A stretch of 64,000 bases of DNA from an uncultured Acidobacteriota bacterium. GTDB taxonomy: Bacteria > Acidobacteriota > Vicinamibacteria > Vicinamibacterales > UBA2999. Both the position numbers and the translations under genes were made by a program. The DNA is taken from contig CAVPRP010000011.1 in NCBI GenBank assembly GCA_963707825.1, forward strand, positions 524,858 to 588,857. Direction: 5' to 3'. Positions 11,653 through 22,581 of this stretch are shown here, piece after piece. The notes beneath the pieces were generated by a model. The model ran no database searches. It was not told the origin of the DNA and saw only the letters and a program-made list of their open reading frames with translations. Each line of letters opens with the position of its first letter. Position 1 is the stretch's first letter.

Positions 11653-11790
11653 GGCTTCCGCCAGCGGACAGATGGGATTAGCACTCTGTAAAGCTCCGCC
11701 GGCAATCGAACTCTGTCGCCGAAGTGCCGTAGATTTCCTGATGCCCCGCGGTTTCCTGCATTCCCTTGATTCGATCCGCCGCGATCTGAC

Positions 11791-13547
11791 TCATGCGGCT
11801 CGATCGCTGGCCAAAGCCCGCCCGGAAACGACGACTCGGCAATGAGAAATCAGAAGAGGTGCGTGCCAGGAGAGGACAGCGTCGAACAGTCGTAATCGGG
11901 CTCGAGCGCCGCTCGATAGCTCGCGCGTCATGAACCCCGCCAGCCGCGCGGCAAAGCCCGCCGGATCCGTCGGCGCGGCACCTTCAGCGAGCAGCGCCGT
12001 GCCCAGCAACAGGTGCGCGGCATCCACCAATGCGGAATCATCCGGCGACGCGGCGTGCATCGACCGCAGCTTGGCGACGAGCGCGTGTCCGTCGTTCACC
12101 TCGAGGATGCGTTTGGTCGTGTCGCCCTCGTTCTTCCCGGACGCCTGCCTCAGCATGCGTTCGAGGCCGGGACTGAGGTCGTGCTCGCCCGCGACCAGGC
12201 ATGCCGGCGAAGCCGTGAGGCGTGACGACACGCGGGCTTCGCGAATCGTCTCCGCCAGCGTCTGCTCGAGAAACGCCAGGAACGGACGCATCTCGCCCTC
12301 ACGCTCCTTGCGCGACTCGTCTGCCTGCTTGCGCTCGGACTCTGTGCCTGGTTCTACGCCGGCTCTCGCCACCGAGACGAGCGGCTTGCCCTCGAACTCG
12401 GGGACCGACTGCGCCACGAACTCATCGACCGGGCGACGAAGAACAGCACTTCGCTGCCCGCGCTAGGAACGCCTCCAGGTGGGGCGAGCGCTCGGCGGTG
12501 GCGCGCGACTCGACGGTGACGTAGTAGATACTGCCCTGCCCCTCCGGCATGCGTGACACATACTCCGACAGCGACGTCAGTGCGCCTCCTTCACGCGTCG
12601 ACGGGAAGAGCAACAGCTTCATGAGCCGGTCACGGTGCTCGGCCTGAGGAGACGCGACGCCCTCCTTGAGGACGGTGCCGAACTCGCCCCAGAACTTCAG
12701 GTAGGTTTCCCGGCGGTCGGCCAGCATCGGCGCCAGGTGGTCGAGCACCTTGCGGGTCAGCGAGGTGCGCATCTGCGCGATGTGACGATCCTGCTGGACC
12801 ATCTCGCGCGAGAGATTCAGCGGCAGGTCCGCCGAATCCACCACGCCCTTGACGAAGCGCAGGTAGGGCGGCAGCAGGGCGCGGCACCGTTCCATGATCA
12901 GCACGCGCCGCACGTGCAACTGCAGGCCGTATTCCTGATCGCGGTAAGTAGAGGTCGAAGGGCGCTTTCGGCGGCAGGAAGAGCAGCGCCTGGTACTCTG
13001 AGCCGGCCTTCGGCCTTCAGCGACACGCGGTCGAGAGGATCCTGCCAGTCGTGAGCAAGGTGCCGGTAAAACTCGGCGTAACTCTCGGCGCTCACCTCGG
13101 ACGCGGCCTGGGTCCAGATTGGCTTCATCGAGTTGACAATGGTCAAGGCCGGGCCCCGTCCTTCACCTCCTTCAGCTTGATCGGGTGCGCGACGAAATCG
13201 GAGTGTTTCTTTGACCAGCGACCGGAGCACCTGCGAGCTGGTGTAGTCGGCCAGCCCGCTCTCGGGTTCGACCGGCTTCAAGTGCAGGAGAGGTCGGTGC
13301 CCCGGCGGAAACGCTTGGGCGCCGCTCACCATGTAGGTGCCGTCGCCCGTTGCTTCCCAACGCGTCGCCGTGTGGGCGCCCGCCTTCCGCGTGACGATTT
13401 CGACGCGGTCCGTCACCATGAAGGCCGAGTAGAAGCCGACGCCGAACTGCCCGATCGCGCCTTCGGCGGAGGCGCCGGCCTTCAGCTGGTCGACCAGCTC
13501 GCGCGTGCCCGACTTGGCGGTCGTGCCGATCAGCGCGATCAGCTCGT
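11791..13547 (-). pseudogene. htpG: Chaperone HtpG (Hsp90), N-terminally truncated and multiply frameshifted
   Basis: IGTTAKSGT, IGQFGVGFYSAFMV, NSMKPIWT, LLPPYLRFVKGVVDSADLPLNLSRE, VLKEG, SRLTASPACLV, KRILEVN; the start of the ATPase domain is absent. Confidence 0.88.
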
Positions 13548-13716
13548 GCCGGGCCAGCAGCGGCGCGCAAGGCTCCGCACGGAGGTATGAGGCGCTGCCG
13601 GCGCGGGCGTGATGGCCGTGCGCGTGGGTGATCAAGGCACGCTGCACCGGCCCCCACGGGTGGATATGGAAATCGCCCGCTTCGCAGTACAGACCGGCTG
13701 GCGTCTCACGCAGCAT
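13548..13716 (-). pseudogene. Truncated second copy of the exonuclease 5' end (about 56 codons)
   Basis: MLRETPAGLYCEAGDFHIHPWGPVQRALITHAHGHHARAGSASYL versus MLHETPAGLYCEAGDFHVDPWGPVPRALITHAHGDHARAGSASYL. Confidence 0.9.
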
Positions 13717-13826
13717 CGAGGGGTTAAGCCTGGCGCAGGCTCTGAATCGGGTCAACCGTGGCGGCGCGTCGCATCGGTATCCACGACGCCACCACCGCAG
13801 CTGTCAGCGCCACCACAGCCGCCGCC
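13548..13826. repeat. Direct repeat copy R; partner at 2460-2734
   Basis: 13726-13826 identical to 2634-2734; the adjacent exonuclease part is diverged. Confidence 0.95.
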
Positions 13827-16362
13827 GCATAGGTGGCGGGGTCGCTGGCCGAGACGCCGAACAGGATCGCGGCCATGGCCCTGGCGAGCCCGAACGCGCC
13901 GACCAGGCCCAGCAGCGTGCCGACCGCCGCCAGCCTCAAGCTGCCGCCCACGACCTGCCTTGCGATCTCGCGCGCCGAGGCGCCGAGCGCCATCCGCACG
14001 GCAATTTCCGGTGTGCGCTGACTCACCGAGTAGGACACCACGCCGTACAACCCGGCCGTGGCCAGCAGCACCGCGACGATGGCAAAGGCGCCGAACAGGC
14101 TGCCGAGCAGGATGCCCGAGGAGGCTTCGTCCGCGAACTGGTCGCTCACCGTGCGGAGCTGCGATGCCGGCAGGTCCGGATCGACGTCGTGAATCGCCTG
14201 CCGCAGATCGGCAGCCATGCGTGCAGGCGCTGCGGCGCTGAGGATGATGTGTGTGGCGCGGGCCGGCCGGTGCTCGTCGAGCAGGAACAGCATTGGATCG
14301 ATCGCCTGATCGAGATCGGGGTTTGCGGTGTCGCGGGCCACGCCGATGATGGTGGCGTCGAGCGCGGGCCGTCCGTCGACCGCCGGCAGCCGGATGACCG
14401 CGCCCAGCGCTTCGGTGGCGCCGGTGAAGTAGCGACGCGCGGTCTCGGCCGAGACGACGGCCACCGCCGTCGGGCTGGACTGATCCGCGGCCTCGAAACC
14501 GCGTCCGGCGATTACCGGGATGCCGGTCACGCGGAAGTACTCCGCGCTGGTGACGGTCAGTCCCGCCGAGGGTCGATCGCGGTCCTCCGTCACTGGCCGT
14601 CCGACGATTTCGAACCCGGTGGGCGAGGCGAAGTGCAGGGAGGGAATCTCGGTGGCGAGCGTTGCCGCTTCGACGCCGGGGATCGCGCGGGCCCGTTCGA
14701 TCAGCCGCTGCCGCAGGCGCAGCGCCTCATCGTCGCCGGCAATCTTCCATTCGGGGATGTCGATCTGCGCGGCGATCAGGCGCGAGGGGTTGTAGCCGAG
14801 GTCCGCCCGCGAGACCGCGCGCACCGACTGCACCACCAGCGCCGAGACAACGGCCAGCGTCACCGCCAGCGCCACCTGAAGAACGACGAGGGTGGAACGG
14901 CCGCGAGATCCGCCGCCGACGCTCCGGAGCGTGGCCTCGTTCAGCGCCGGTCGAACGTCGCGCCTGAGCATGCGCAGCGTCGGCAACACCGTGAAGATGA
15001 GCGGCGCCACCAGGGCCAGGGCGATCGCGAACACGATCACCCGGACGTCGAAGCCAATCTGCTTGAAGAACGGTTCGGTCGCAACCTTGTGCATGGCCTG
15101 CAGCCCGGCGGCGGCGACGGCCAGGCCCGCCAGCCCACCGGCGATACCGAGCACCAGGCTTTCGGCGACGATCTGCCTGACGATCCGGCCGCGCGTGGCG
15201 CCGAGCGCGGTGCGCACCGCCAGTTCCTGCCGCCGTCCGATCAGCCGTGCGATCAGCAGGTTGGTGACGTTGGCGCAGGCCAGGAGCAGCAGCAGGCTCA
15301 CGACCACGGACAGCATGGACAAAACCAGCCACATGTTGGTGCCGCCGAGCGCGTCGCGAGTGGTGCCGACACGGACCGTCCACTCGCGATTCGTTTCGGG
15401 ATGCGCCTCGGCCAGCGTGCGGCCGATCGTCGAGACCTGCGCGTTGGCGTCCGAGATGCTGCGGCCCGCGGCCAGCCGGCCCATCGGCCGCCATCCACGA
15501 ATGGTGCGGGGCGCGGTGACTGGATCGGTGGTCTCCGGCAGCCAGACGTCGATCTCGGAGAGGTTGCCGAGCTCGATGTCCGGCGCCAGCACGCCGACCA
15601 CGTCGTGCGGCTCGCCGTTGACGATCAGCTGACGGCCGAGGATGTCCGGCGCCGAGCCGAAGCGCGTGGCCCACGCCTGATGGCTGAGCACGAGCACGCG
15701 CGGCGCACCGGCCGATTCGTCGCGGATCGAGAGCGTGCGCCCAAGCCTGGTGCCGAGCCCCCACAGGCCCTGCACGTCGCCGATGACCCGCATGCTCAGC
15801 ACACGCTCCGCGGTGTCGCCCGCCCGCAGCGTCACCTGGGCGCGCCGCCACGCGGCCAGCCGCGTGAAGGTGTCGGCGCGGTCACGAAACGCGGCGTAGT
15901 CGGGGAGCGAGATTCCCGCGCGGTCGGGAGCGGCGCCAGGGCCGCTGGCGAGAATCCACCCCAGGCGATCGGCCTGCTGGATCGGCAGCGGCTTCAGCAC
16001 CAGCACGTTCGCCATGCTGAAGATGACGGTGTTTGCACCGATCGCCAGGGCGCAGCGTGATCACCGCGGCCCACGCGTAGCTGGGATGGCTGACGAACAG
16101 CCGCACGCCCATGCACGATGTCTCTGAGGAAGGTCAGCATCGCAGGATCTCCGGTGAGGTGGGGAGCCGGCGGCGGCGTGCGCCAGGCGGGGATGTGCCA
16201 CAGCGCGCCGAGCGCGCGGCGCCAGTAGGCGGCGCGGGCGCGCCAGGGGTGCGCGGAGGACTCCAGGGCGAACAGCTCGTCGAGATCGCCGGCGACGGCA
16301 TCCACAAGGTGAGGAGCGACGGTGCGCTCGAGGATCCATCGCGCGAGTCGTGGAGGTTTCAT
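13724..16362 (-). CDS. ADOP-type duplicated ABC permease (MacB/FtsX domains) with N-terminal prefix domain; frameshifts near 16050-16110
   Basis: MKPPRLARWILE...GDLDE prefix, LLLACANVTNLLIAR, ELAVRTALGA, VVLQVALA, GLYGVVSYSVSQRTPEIAVRMALGA. Confidence 0.9.
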
Positions 16363-16691
16363 TACGCCTCCAGCACGCGTTCCAGGCCGTCGGTCATGCG
16401 GGCCAGGGCGCCGAGCGAGGCGCGCAGCACGCGCAGGCCCGGGGGAGTGACCTGGTAGACGCGCTTACCGCGTCCGCCGCGCTCGGCCGTCGGCTCGCCG
16501 AGCTGGCTGCGCACCAGCGACTTGCCCTCCAGGCGATCGAGGGTCTTGTAGACGGCGGCGATCGAGACCGAGCGCGACGTTCGGGCTTCGATCTCCCGCC
16601 ACACCGGCACGCCATAGGCGTCGGCCCCGCAGTGGAGCACGCCCAGCATCACCAGTTGTTCGAATTCGCCCAGGGGCGACACGTCGGCCAT
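16362..16691 (-). CDS. PadR family transcriptional regulator
   Basis: LGEFEQLVML...AYGV...VYKTLDRLEGK...ERGGRGKRVYQVT; coupled to the permease start. Confidence 0.92.
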   Translation of the reverse strand: MADVSPLGEFEQLVMLGVLHCGADAYGVPVWREIEARTSRSVSIAAVYKTLDRLEGKSLVRSQLGEPTAERGGRGKRVYQVTPPGLRVLRASLGALARMTDGLERVLEA

Positions 16692-16789
16692 GCCGATCTT
16701 AGACGATGTCTAAGAAATAAAGGTTCTCGCGCTGCCGACGGACAGGGACGTCCGCCTGGACGGCTGCGCTGCAAGGGCCTGAGGCGAGC

Positions 16790-18006
16790 CCTACCGTTGT
16801 GCGGAACCAGCCCCCGCGGCGCGCCGCGCGCGAATGCGGACGCTGGTACTGATTCTCGCCGTTCAGGTTGATCAGCGCGACAAACGCCCGGCCGTTGTAC
16901 TGGCCGACCGTTCCCGACTGCGATACCTCCGCCACTTCCCAGCCGGCGGGCAGCAGCACGGTGTTGCGCAGTCCCTTCATCGCCCGCGAGAAGATCAGGT
17001 CGCCGCCTTCGACGGTATAGCCGGGGTCGTTCAGGGTGCCGGTGATGCGCAGGTACGCGCTCTGCTTGTCGCTGGTGATCGGCACGTCGAGGAAGACGCT
17101 CGTCGTGGTGCCGCTTTTCGCGGGCGGCAGCGCCTTCGCCGTATCCAGATCCGTGACCTTGAGATTCTGCAGCGGCAGGTACGACAGCGAATCGAGCGTG
17201 GCCTTCGCGCCCATGCGGTAGTCGCTATAGCTCTGATCGACGGTGATACGGTGCGACTCCGGCGCATCCAGATCGTACAGCGTCTTCACATCGTCGAAGA
17301 ACATGTCGGCGGACTTCGTCGGCGTGAACGTGGCGGACGTCTTCCGCGCGTGGATCGTGACCGGGTTGCTCTGGCCGCTGGGGTTCGCGAACGCCAGCTT
17401 CAGGCGGCCGTCGCTGGTGGTGGACATCTGCGCCGCGACGTTCGAGGACAGGAACGCAAAGCCCTTGGGCAGCAGCACCCCCAGGCGATAGCCGCTGAGG
17501 CTCCGCACCCAGACGATGTCGTCGCCATTCATCTTGTAGGTGCGCGGATCCTTGTAGGTCTTGTAGATCAGTACCCGACCGATGCCGCCCTCGGGAACGG
17601 GAATCGGCAGCTTCGCGTGGATGGCGTGCGTCTCGGGGTCTTTCGGGTCGATCTCGTAGGTGAACGGCATCGGCTTGCCGGTGCGCGGGTCGTAGACCTC
17701 GATGTCAGTGCCTTCGCTGCCGCCCCGGGTGGCGTTCACCAGCTCGGTGGCGCCGGTGCGCGTTTCCTCCGGGAGGAAGCGGATGCGGAACGATTCGCTG
17801 CCCGGCTCGAGGATCGCGTACTCGGTGTAGGCGTCCTGCGTGAACAGGCGCGTCAGCGGCGGTGTGGGACGGAGCGAACCGTCCGGATTGGCGCCGCCTG
17901 GAAACGGATTGGGCGCGGCACCGCGCTGTGCGGCGGTGGCGACCACCAGCCCCGCGGTCATCGCGCACGCCGTTGCCAGCAGCTTGACCGTGGTCGTTCT
18001 GAACAT
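16790..18006 (-). CDS. Secreted hypothetical protein with two related domains; probable frameshift near the 3' end
   Basis: Signal-like N-terminus from ATG 18006 ([26 protein letters not shown]); typical codon usage; internal repeat. 3' end approximate. Confidence 0.7.
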
Positions 18007-18109
18007 GCGCGAAGTGTACTCGATGGGCTCGCGCGCGAGCGCGGCAGCCGCCTCGGCGCTAGGGCTTTGCAGGATACGATGCGTGCCACTCGAACACCAA
18101 GGAGCGCGC

Positions 18110-18933
18110 ATGACGACAATCACGACGAAGGATGGCACGGAGATCTACTACAAGGACTGGGGCGCCGGGCAGCCGGTCGTCTTCAGCCACGGCTGGCCGC
18201 TCAACGCCGACAGCTGGGAGTCGCAGATGTTCTTCGTGGCGTCGAACGGCTTCCGCGCCATCGCCCACGATCGACGCGGGCACGGCCGATCCAGCCAGCC
18301 GTGGGGTGGCCACGACATGGACACCTATGCGGACGATCTGGCGGCGGTGATCGAGGCGCTGGACCTGCGCGACATCGTGCTGATGGGCTTCTCGACCGGC
18401 GGCGGCGAAGTGGCGCGCTACGTCGGCCGTCATGGCACCAGCCGCGTCGCGAAGATCGCGCTGATCTCCGCGGTGCCGCCGCTGATGCTCAAGACCGCGG
18501 CCAATCCCGGCGGCCTGCCGATCGACGTGTTCGACGGCATCCGCGCCGGCTCGGTGGCCAATCGATCGCAGTTGTACAAGGATCTCGCCAGCGGCCCGTT
18601 CTTCGGCTTCAACCGCCCCGGCGCGAAGCCGTCGCAGGGATTGATCGACTCGTTCTGGGCGCAGGGCGTGCAGGCGGGCCACAAGGCCACCTACGACTGC
18701 ATCAAGGCGTTCTCGGAGACGGACTTCACCGCCGACCTGAAGAAGTTCAACGTGCCGACGCTGATCGTGCACGGAGACGACGATCAGATCGTCCCGATCG
18801 ACGCGGCGGGAGGGCCTCGGCGAAGCTGGTGCCGCACGCGACGCTGAAGGTGTTTGCGGGCGCGCCGCATGGCTTGACCGACACGCACAAGGATCAGTTG
18901 AACGCGGAGCTGCTGGCGTTCCTGAAAGGCTGA
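18110..18933 (+). CDS. Non-heme chloroperoxidase/perhydrolase-type alpha/beta hydrolase; frameshift near 18815
   Basis: [57 protein letters not shown]. Confidence 0.92.
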
Positions 18934-18943
18934 GGAGAATGCG

Positions 18944-19717
18944 TTACGAGGCGCCGGCGCGCAGAATCTCGAGGAATACCGCCTCGGTCTGTGGCGAGGG
19001 GCTGGCGCCCAGCTCGTCGCGCAGCAGCTCGCGGCAGCGGCCGAACACCCGCAGCGCCTCGGCGCGATTACCCGACCCGGCGTGCAGGCGCATCAGTTCC
19101 TGATACGCCGTCTCTCGGAACGGTTCCAGATCGAGGACCTCGGACATGTACTGGAGGGCGAGGCTGTTCTCGCCGTTCACGCGGCTGATTTCAGCGAGGC
19201 ACGTGAGGGCGCGGACGAGCAGGGAGCGCTGCGCCGCTCGACGTGTCTCGATCCACGGCGCCTCGAGATCCGTGAGGAACGGACGGCGGCCGACGGTCAC
19301 CACGATGTTGGCCATCCCCCACGCCGTGCCGGTGTCGCCGCGACGCAGCGCGCCTTCTGTTTCGTCAACCGCATTGGCGGCGGCTTCGAGATCGATCCAG
19401 GCGTCGGCGGGCAATCGCAGGTTGATGGACCCCGACCGGGTCTCGATACTGGTGTCCGGCGGCTCGAGCCCGGCTCTCTTGAGGGTATTCCGCAGCTTGC
19501 TGAGCAGGGCGTTGAGGGCGCCTTCCACCTCGGGCGGCGGATGGTCGCCCCAGATCGCGCACGCCAGGTCGCTTCGACTGAGGGGCCGGGTTCGGTGGCA
19601 CGCGAGGTAGACAAATGCCAGTCGCCCCTGCCGTCCTGGCAGCTGATGCTCATCGACGCGGCAGGTGCCGTGCTCGATGACGACGTGTCCAGTGAGGTAG
19701 ATGCGCGGGGGCGCCAA
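18944..19717 (-). CDS. SARP/BTAD family transcriptional activator
   Basis: N-terminal winged helix (LAFVYLA...LSRSDLACAIWGD...LSKLR) and BTAD (EPFRETAYQELMRL...GNRAEAL...ELGASPSPQT). Confidence 0.88.
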   Translation of the reverse strand: MAPPRIYLTGHVVIEHGTCRVDEHQLPGRQGRLAFVYLACHRTRPLSRSDLACAIWGDHPPPEVEGALNALLSKLRNTLKRAGLEPPDTSIETRSGSINLRLPADAWIDLEAAANAVDETEGALRRGDTGTAWGMANIVVTVGRRPFLTDLEAPWIETRRAAQRSLLVRALTCLAEISRVNGENSLALQYMSEVLDLEPFRETAYQELMRLHAGSGNRAEALRVFGRCRELLRDELGASPSPQTEAVFLEILRAGAS

Positions 19718-19753
19718 GGTTTTCCCAACCTCGCTCCAACGTTTCGATAAGGT
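19714..19753 (+). promoter_or_regulatory. Four heptamer boxes at 11-bp period; putative SARP binding array
   Basis: CCAAGGT (19714), CCAACCT (19725), CCAACGT (19736), ATAAGGT (19747), followed by AT-rich TATATAA at 19761. Confidence 0.55.
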
Positions 19754-19791
19754 CGCTGAGTATATAACCGACGGCGAAGGGAGAGCCGGCC

Positions 19792-19941
19792 ATGGAAAAA
19801 GTCATCAACTGCCCGTGCGGATTCGTCGTGAAGGGGAACTCCGATGAAGAAGTGGTGTCGCGGGCGCAGGAGCACGCGAAACAGGTCCACCAGATGGAGC
19901 TGAGCCGCGAGCAGGCGCTGGCAATGGCGAAGCCGGCGTAA
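19792..19941 (+). CDS. Small DUF1059-like metal-binding protein (49 aa; not in the ORF track)
   Basis: [49 protein letters not shown]; CxC...HxxxxH pattern; GGGAGAG RBS. Confidence 0.85.
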   Translation: MEKVINCPCGFVVKGNSDEEVVSRAQEHAKQVHQMELSREQALAMAKPA

Positions 19942-20050
19942 GACCGCCGGGTTACGCTCTGTTCGATTACGCGCCGGCCGGCGAGGTCGGGTGCGCTGCG
20001 GCAACTCTCATGCTAGCGTGTCTGAAGCGCTTCGTCTTTCGGCCACACGC

Positions 20051-20902
20051 ATGCGACCCAAGCCACAGATCCTGTCCGAGTTCGAAGAGCACCGGGACAC
20101 CCGATGGCGCCGCGAGAACACCCGTCAGGTGGAATCCGCTCAGGACGCGGAACGGTTCATCGAACAGGTGGGCTTTGCCGCCTGCCTCACCGATTCCCGC
20201 AGGCCGGGACCGTCGCTCTACGTCGCGGTGTGCGGCCGCCGCGACGCGGTGTTGCCGCGCAACGTGCAGAAGGATCCCGAAGCCTCGCTCACCTGGGTGC
20301 TGAAGGACGAGCTGATCGGCCGCGGCAAGGTCTACTACGCCAAGCTCGCCCGCGGCAAAGCGATGTTCCTGGCGCCGCGCATGGTCCCGTACTTCCAGGC
20401 CATCTGGGGCCTCCGCAAGGCGGAAGAGAAGACGCGCCTCAGCAAGGACGCGCAGGCGTTGCTTCGCGTGCTTCGCCGCGAGTGGGAATCGAGCACCGCC
20501 GACCTGCGCGCGGACTCGGGCGTGAAGGAGCGGGTGGCGTTCACGCGCGCGCTGGACGAACTGCAGGCCGCGATGCTGGTGTTGCCGAGCGCCGTCTACT
20601 ACCAGCCGAAGTTCACCTACATCTACACGCTCGGCGTGGGCCGTTTCCCCGACCAGCTGCGCCGCCGCGTCAGCCGCGATTCGGCGCTGCGTGAGATTGC
20701 GCGCTGCTTCCTCGCCAGCGCCGGCATGACCATCCCCGGCGAGCTGGCGCGCGTCACCGGACTGTCGCGGATGGAAGCGGGCCGCGGTAATCGCGCGCTG
20801 GTCGCCGAAGGCTTTGCCATCATGGACGCGCCGGGCTTCTACCGGCTGGCCGAAAGCGCCGACGGTATACTCGGGCCGTGCCCTCCTCCCGAAATCGAGT
20901 GA
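20051..20902 (+). CDS. Winged-helix protein, AlkZ/YcaQ-related
   Basis: [10 protein letters not shown]...PSLY...TWVLKDEL...VYYAKL...FLAPR; [13 protein letters not shown] helix-turn-helix; function by family recall only. Confidence 0.55.
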   Translation: MRPKPQILSEFEEHRDTRWRRENTRQVESAQDAERFIEQVGFAACLTDSRRPGPSLYVAVCGRRDAVLPRNVQKDPEASLTWVLKDELIGRGKVYYAKLARGKAMFLAPRMVPYFQAIWGLRKAEEKTRLSKDAQALLRVLRREWESSTADLRADSGVKERVAFTRALDELQAAMLVLPSAVYYQPKFTYIYTLGVGRFPDQLRRRVSRDSALREIARCFLASAGMTIPGELARVTGLSRMEAGRGNRALVAEGFAIMDAPGFYRLAESADGILGPCPPPEIE

Positions 20903-21535
20903 CGGCCGGCGCCGTATTCCGCGCGCTGGTGCTGCTGATCGTGGTGCTGGTACTTGCGGGCGCCGCCGCGGCCTACTCGATCCTCGGCCGCGGCCTCGGC
21001 ACCCGCGTGCAGCCATCGGCCATCGAGGCCACGATCTCGCGTGCCTTGCGCGGCCTGGCCACGCCGCGAGCGATGCGCAACGCGAAGAACCCGGTGGAGC
21101 CGACCGCGGCTGTCCTCGACGAGGCGCTCGCGCACTTCGCCGATCACTGCGCCTCGTGCCACGGCAACGACGGCAGCGGACAGACGGAGATCGGCCGCAG
21201 CTTCTATCCACCCGCGCCCGACATGCGGGTGGCGCCCACGCAGTCGCTCACCGACGGTGAGCTGTTCTCGATCATCGAGAACGGCATCCGCCTGACCGGG
21301 ATGCCTGCCTGGAGCACCGGCACTCCGGAGGGCGAACACGGCAGCTGGGCGCTGGTGCACTTCATCCGGCGCCTGCCGTCGCTCTCGCCCGACGACCTCG
21401 CGCGGATGGAAGGCCTCAACCCGAAGAGCCCGGACCAGTTCCGCGAGGAAGAAGAGATCCGGCGCTTCCTGGCGGGGGAGGATGACCTCCAGCCAGGCGC
21501 CCACACCTCAGCCGTCGCACAAGCATCCGCAGTGA
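20899..21535 (+). CDS. Membrane-anchored c-type cytochrome; probable frameshift near 21495
   Basis: N-terminal TM, KNPV, CASCH heme motif, [18 protein letters not shown]; an alternative frame gives a His-containing tail [12 protein letters not shown] ending 21535. Confidence 0.85.
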
Positions 21536-21549
21536 TGTATCTTTGGCGT

Positions 21550-21879
21550 ATGACCAGACGCTTCACGCTTTCCTTGTTCGCCGCGTTCGCGCTGGCGATC
21601 GTTCCGGCCCTGGCCCACCCCGGCCACGATCACAAGATCCTCGGCACCGTGACCATGGCCGCCGCCGATCACGTGATGGTGAAGGACAAGGCCGGCAAGG
21701 ACGAGACCGTCCACATCACCAAGGACACCAAGGTGCTGAAGGACAAGAAGGCCGCGCAGGTCGCCGACATCAAGGCCGGCATGCGCGTCGTCGTTACCGC
21801 CGTGACCGTGAAGGTGGACAACGTCGAGCGCTTGAACGCCACGACGATCGAGCTGGGCGCGGCCCCGACCTCGAAGTAG
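21550..21879 (+). CDS. Small periplasmic beta-rich protein with N-terminal HPGHDH (putative metal binding)
   Basis: Signal peptide ending ALA, then HPGHDHKILGTVT...DIKAGMRVVV. Confidence 0.75.
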   Translation: MTRRFTLSLFAAFALAIVPALAHPGHDHKILGTVTMAAADHVMVKDKAGKDETVHITKDTKVLKDKKAAQVADIKAGMRVVVTAVTVKVDNVERLNATTIELGAAPTSK

Positions 21880-21893
21880 GCACGCTCGCGACG

Positions 21894-22578
21894 ATGGCGG
21901 GCGTCATTCGTTGGGCCTCGGCCATCGTCGGGCTCGTGTGCGTGGTTGCCGTGCCCGGCCTGTCGGCGCACGGCGTCTCCGCCGCCGACCGCGCGTTCAT
22001 GGAGCAGGGCGGCCTGATGGCGTTTCTCTACCTCGGCGCCAAGCACATGGTCACCGGCTACGACCACCTGCTGTTCCTCCTCGGCGTCATCTTCTTCCTC
22101 TATCGCCTGCGCGACGTCGGCGCCTATGTCACGCTGTTCGCCGTCGGCCACAGCGTGACGCTGCTGTTCGGCGTGCTCAGCGGCGTTCACGTCAACGCCT
22201 ATCTGGTGGACGCCGTCATCGGTCTGTCGGTGGTCTACAAGGCGCTCGACAATCTCGGCGCCTTCCGCCGCTGGTTCGGCGTCCAGCCGAACACGAAGGC
22301 GGCGGTGCTGATCTTCGGTTTCGTCCACGGCTTCGGCCTGGCGACGAAACTGCAGGACTTCGCGCTGCCGCGCGCCGGGCTGGTCGCGAAGATCGTCGCG
22401 TTCAACGCCGGCGTCGAGGTGGGCCAGTTCCTGGCGCTCGGGCGCCATCCTCATCGCCATGGCCTACTGGCGGCGCACGGCGGCGTTCGAGCGCCAGGCC
22501 TTTGCCAGCAACGTGCTGATCATGACCAGCGGCTTCGTGCTGCTCGGCTATCAGCTCACTGGATATTTCCTCCAGTAA
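21894..22578 (+). CDS. HupE/UreJ family membrane protein; frameshift near 22440
   Basis: Signal ending SA-HG, LGAKHMVTGYDHLLFL, FAVGHSVTL, FGFVHGFGLA, AFNAGVEVGQ. Confidence 0.88.
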
Positions 22579-22581
22579 CCC

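Larger units (their letters stand above)
2735..13547. mobile_element. Direct-repeat-flanked inserted segment (island-like) with mostly decayed cargo; no recognisable integrase
   Basis: Bounded by the 2460-2734 and 13548-13826 repeats; interrupts the permease-exonuclease adjacency; contains several truncated genes. Confidence 0.6.

Noticed and set aside
2735-13547. Prophage, ICE or transposon
   Set aside because: No integrase, transposase, phage or conjugation genes recognised; reported only as a repeat-flanked insertion.
20878-21879. Apparent fusion of cytochrome c with the HPGHDH protein (333 aa ORF)
   Set aside because: An internal signal peptide starts at 21550 and an alternative frame gives a natural stop at 21535; better explained by an indel error.
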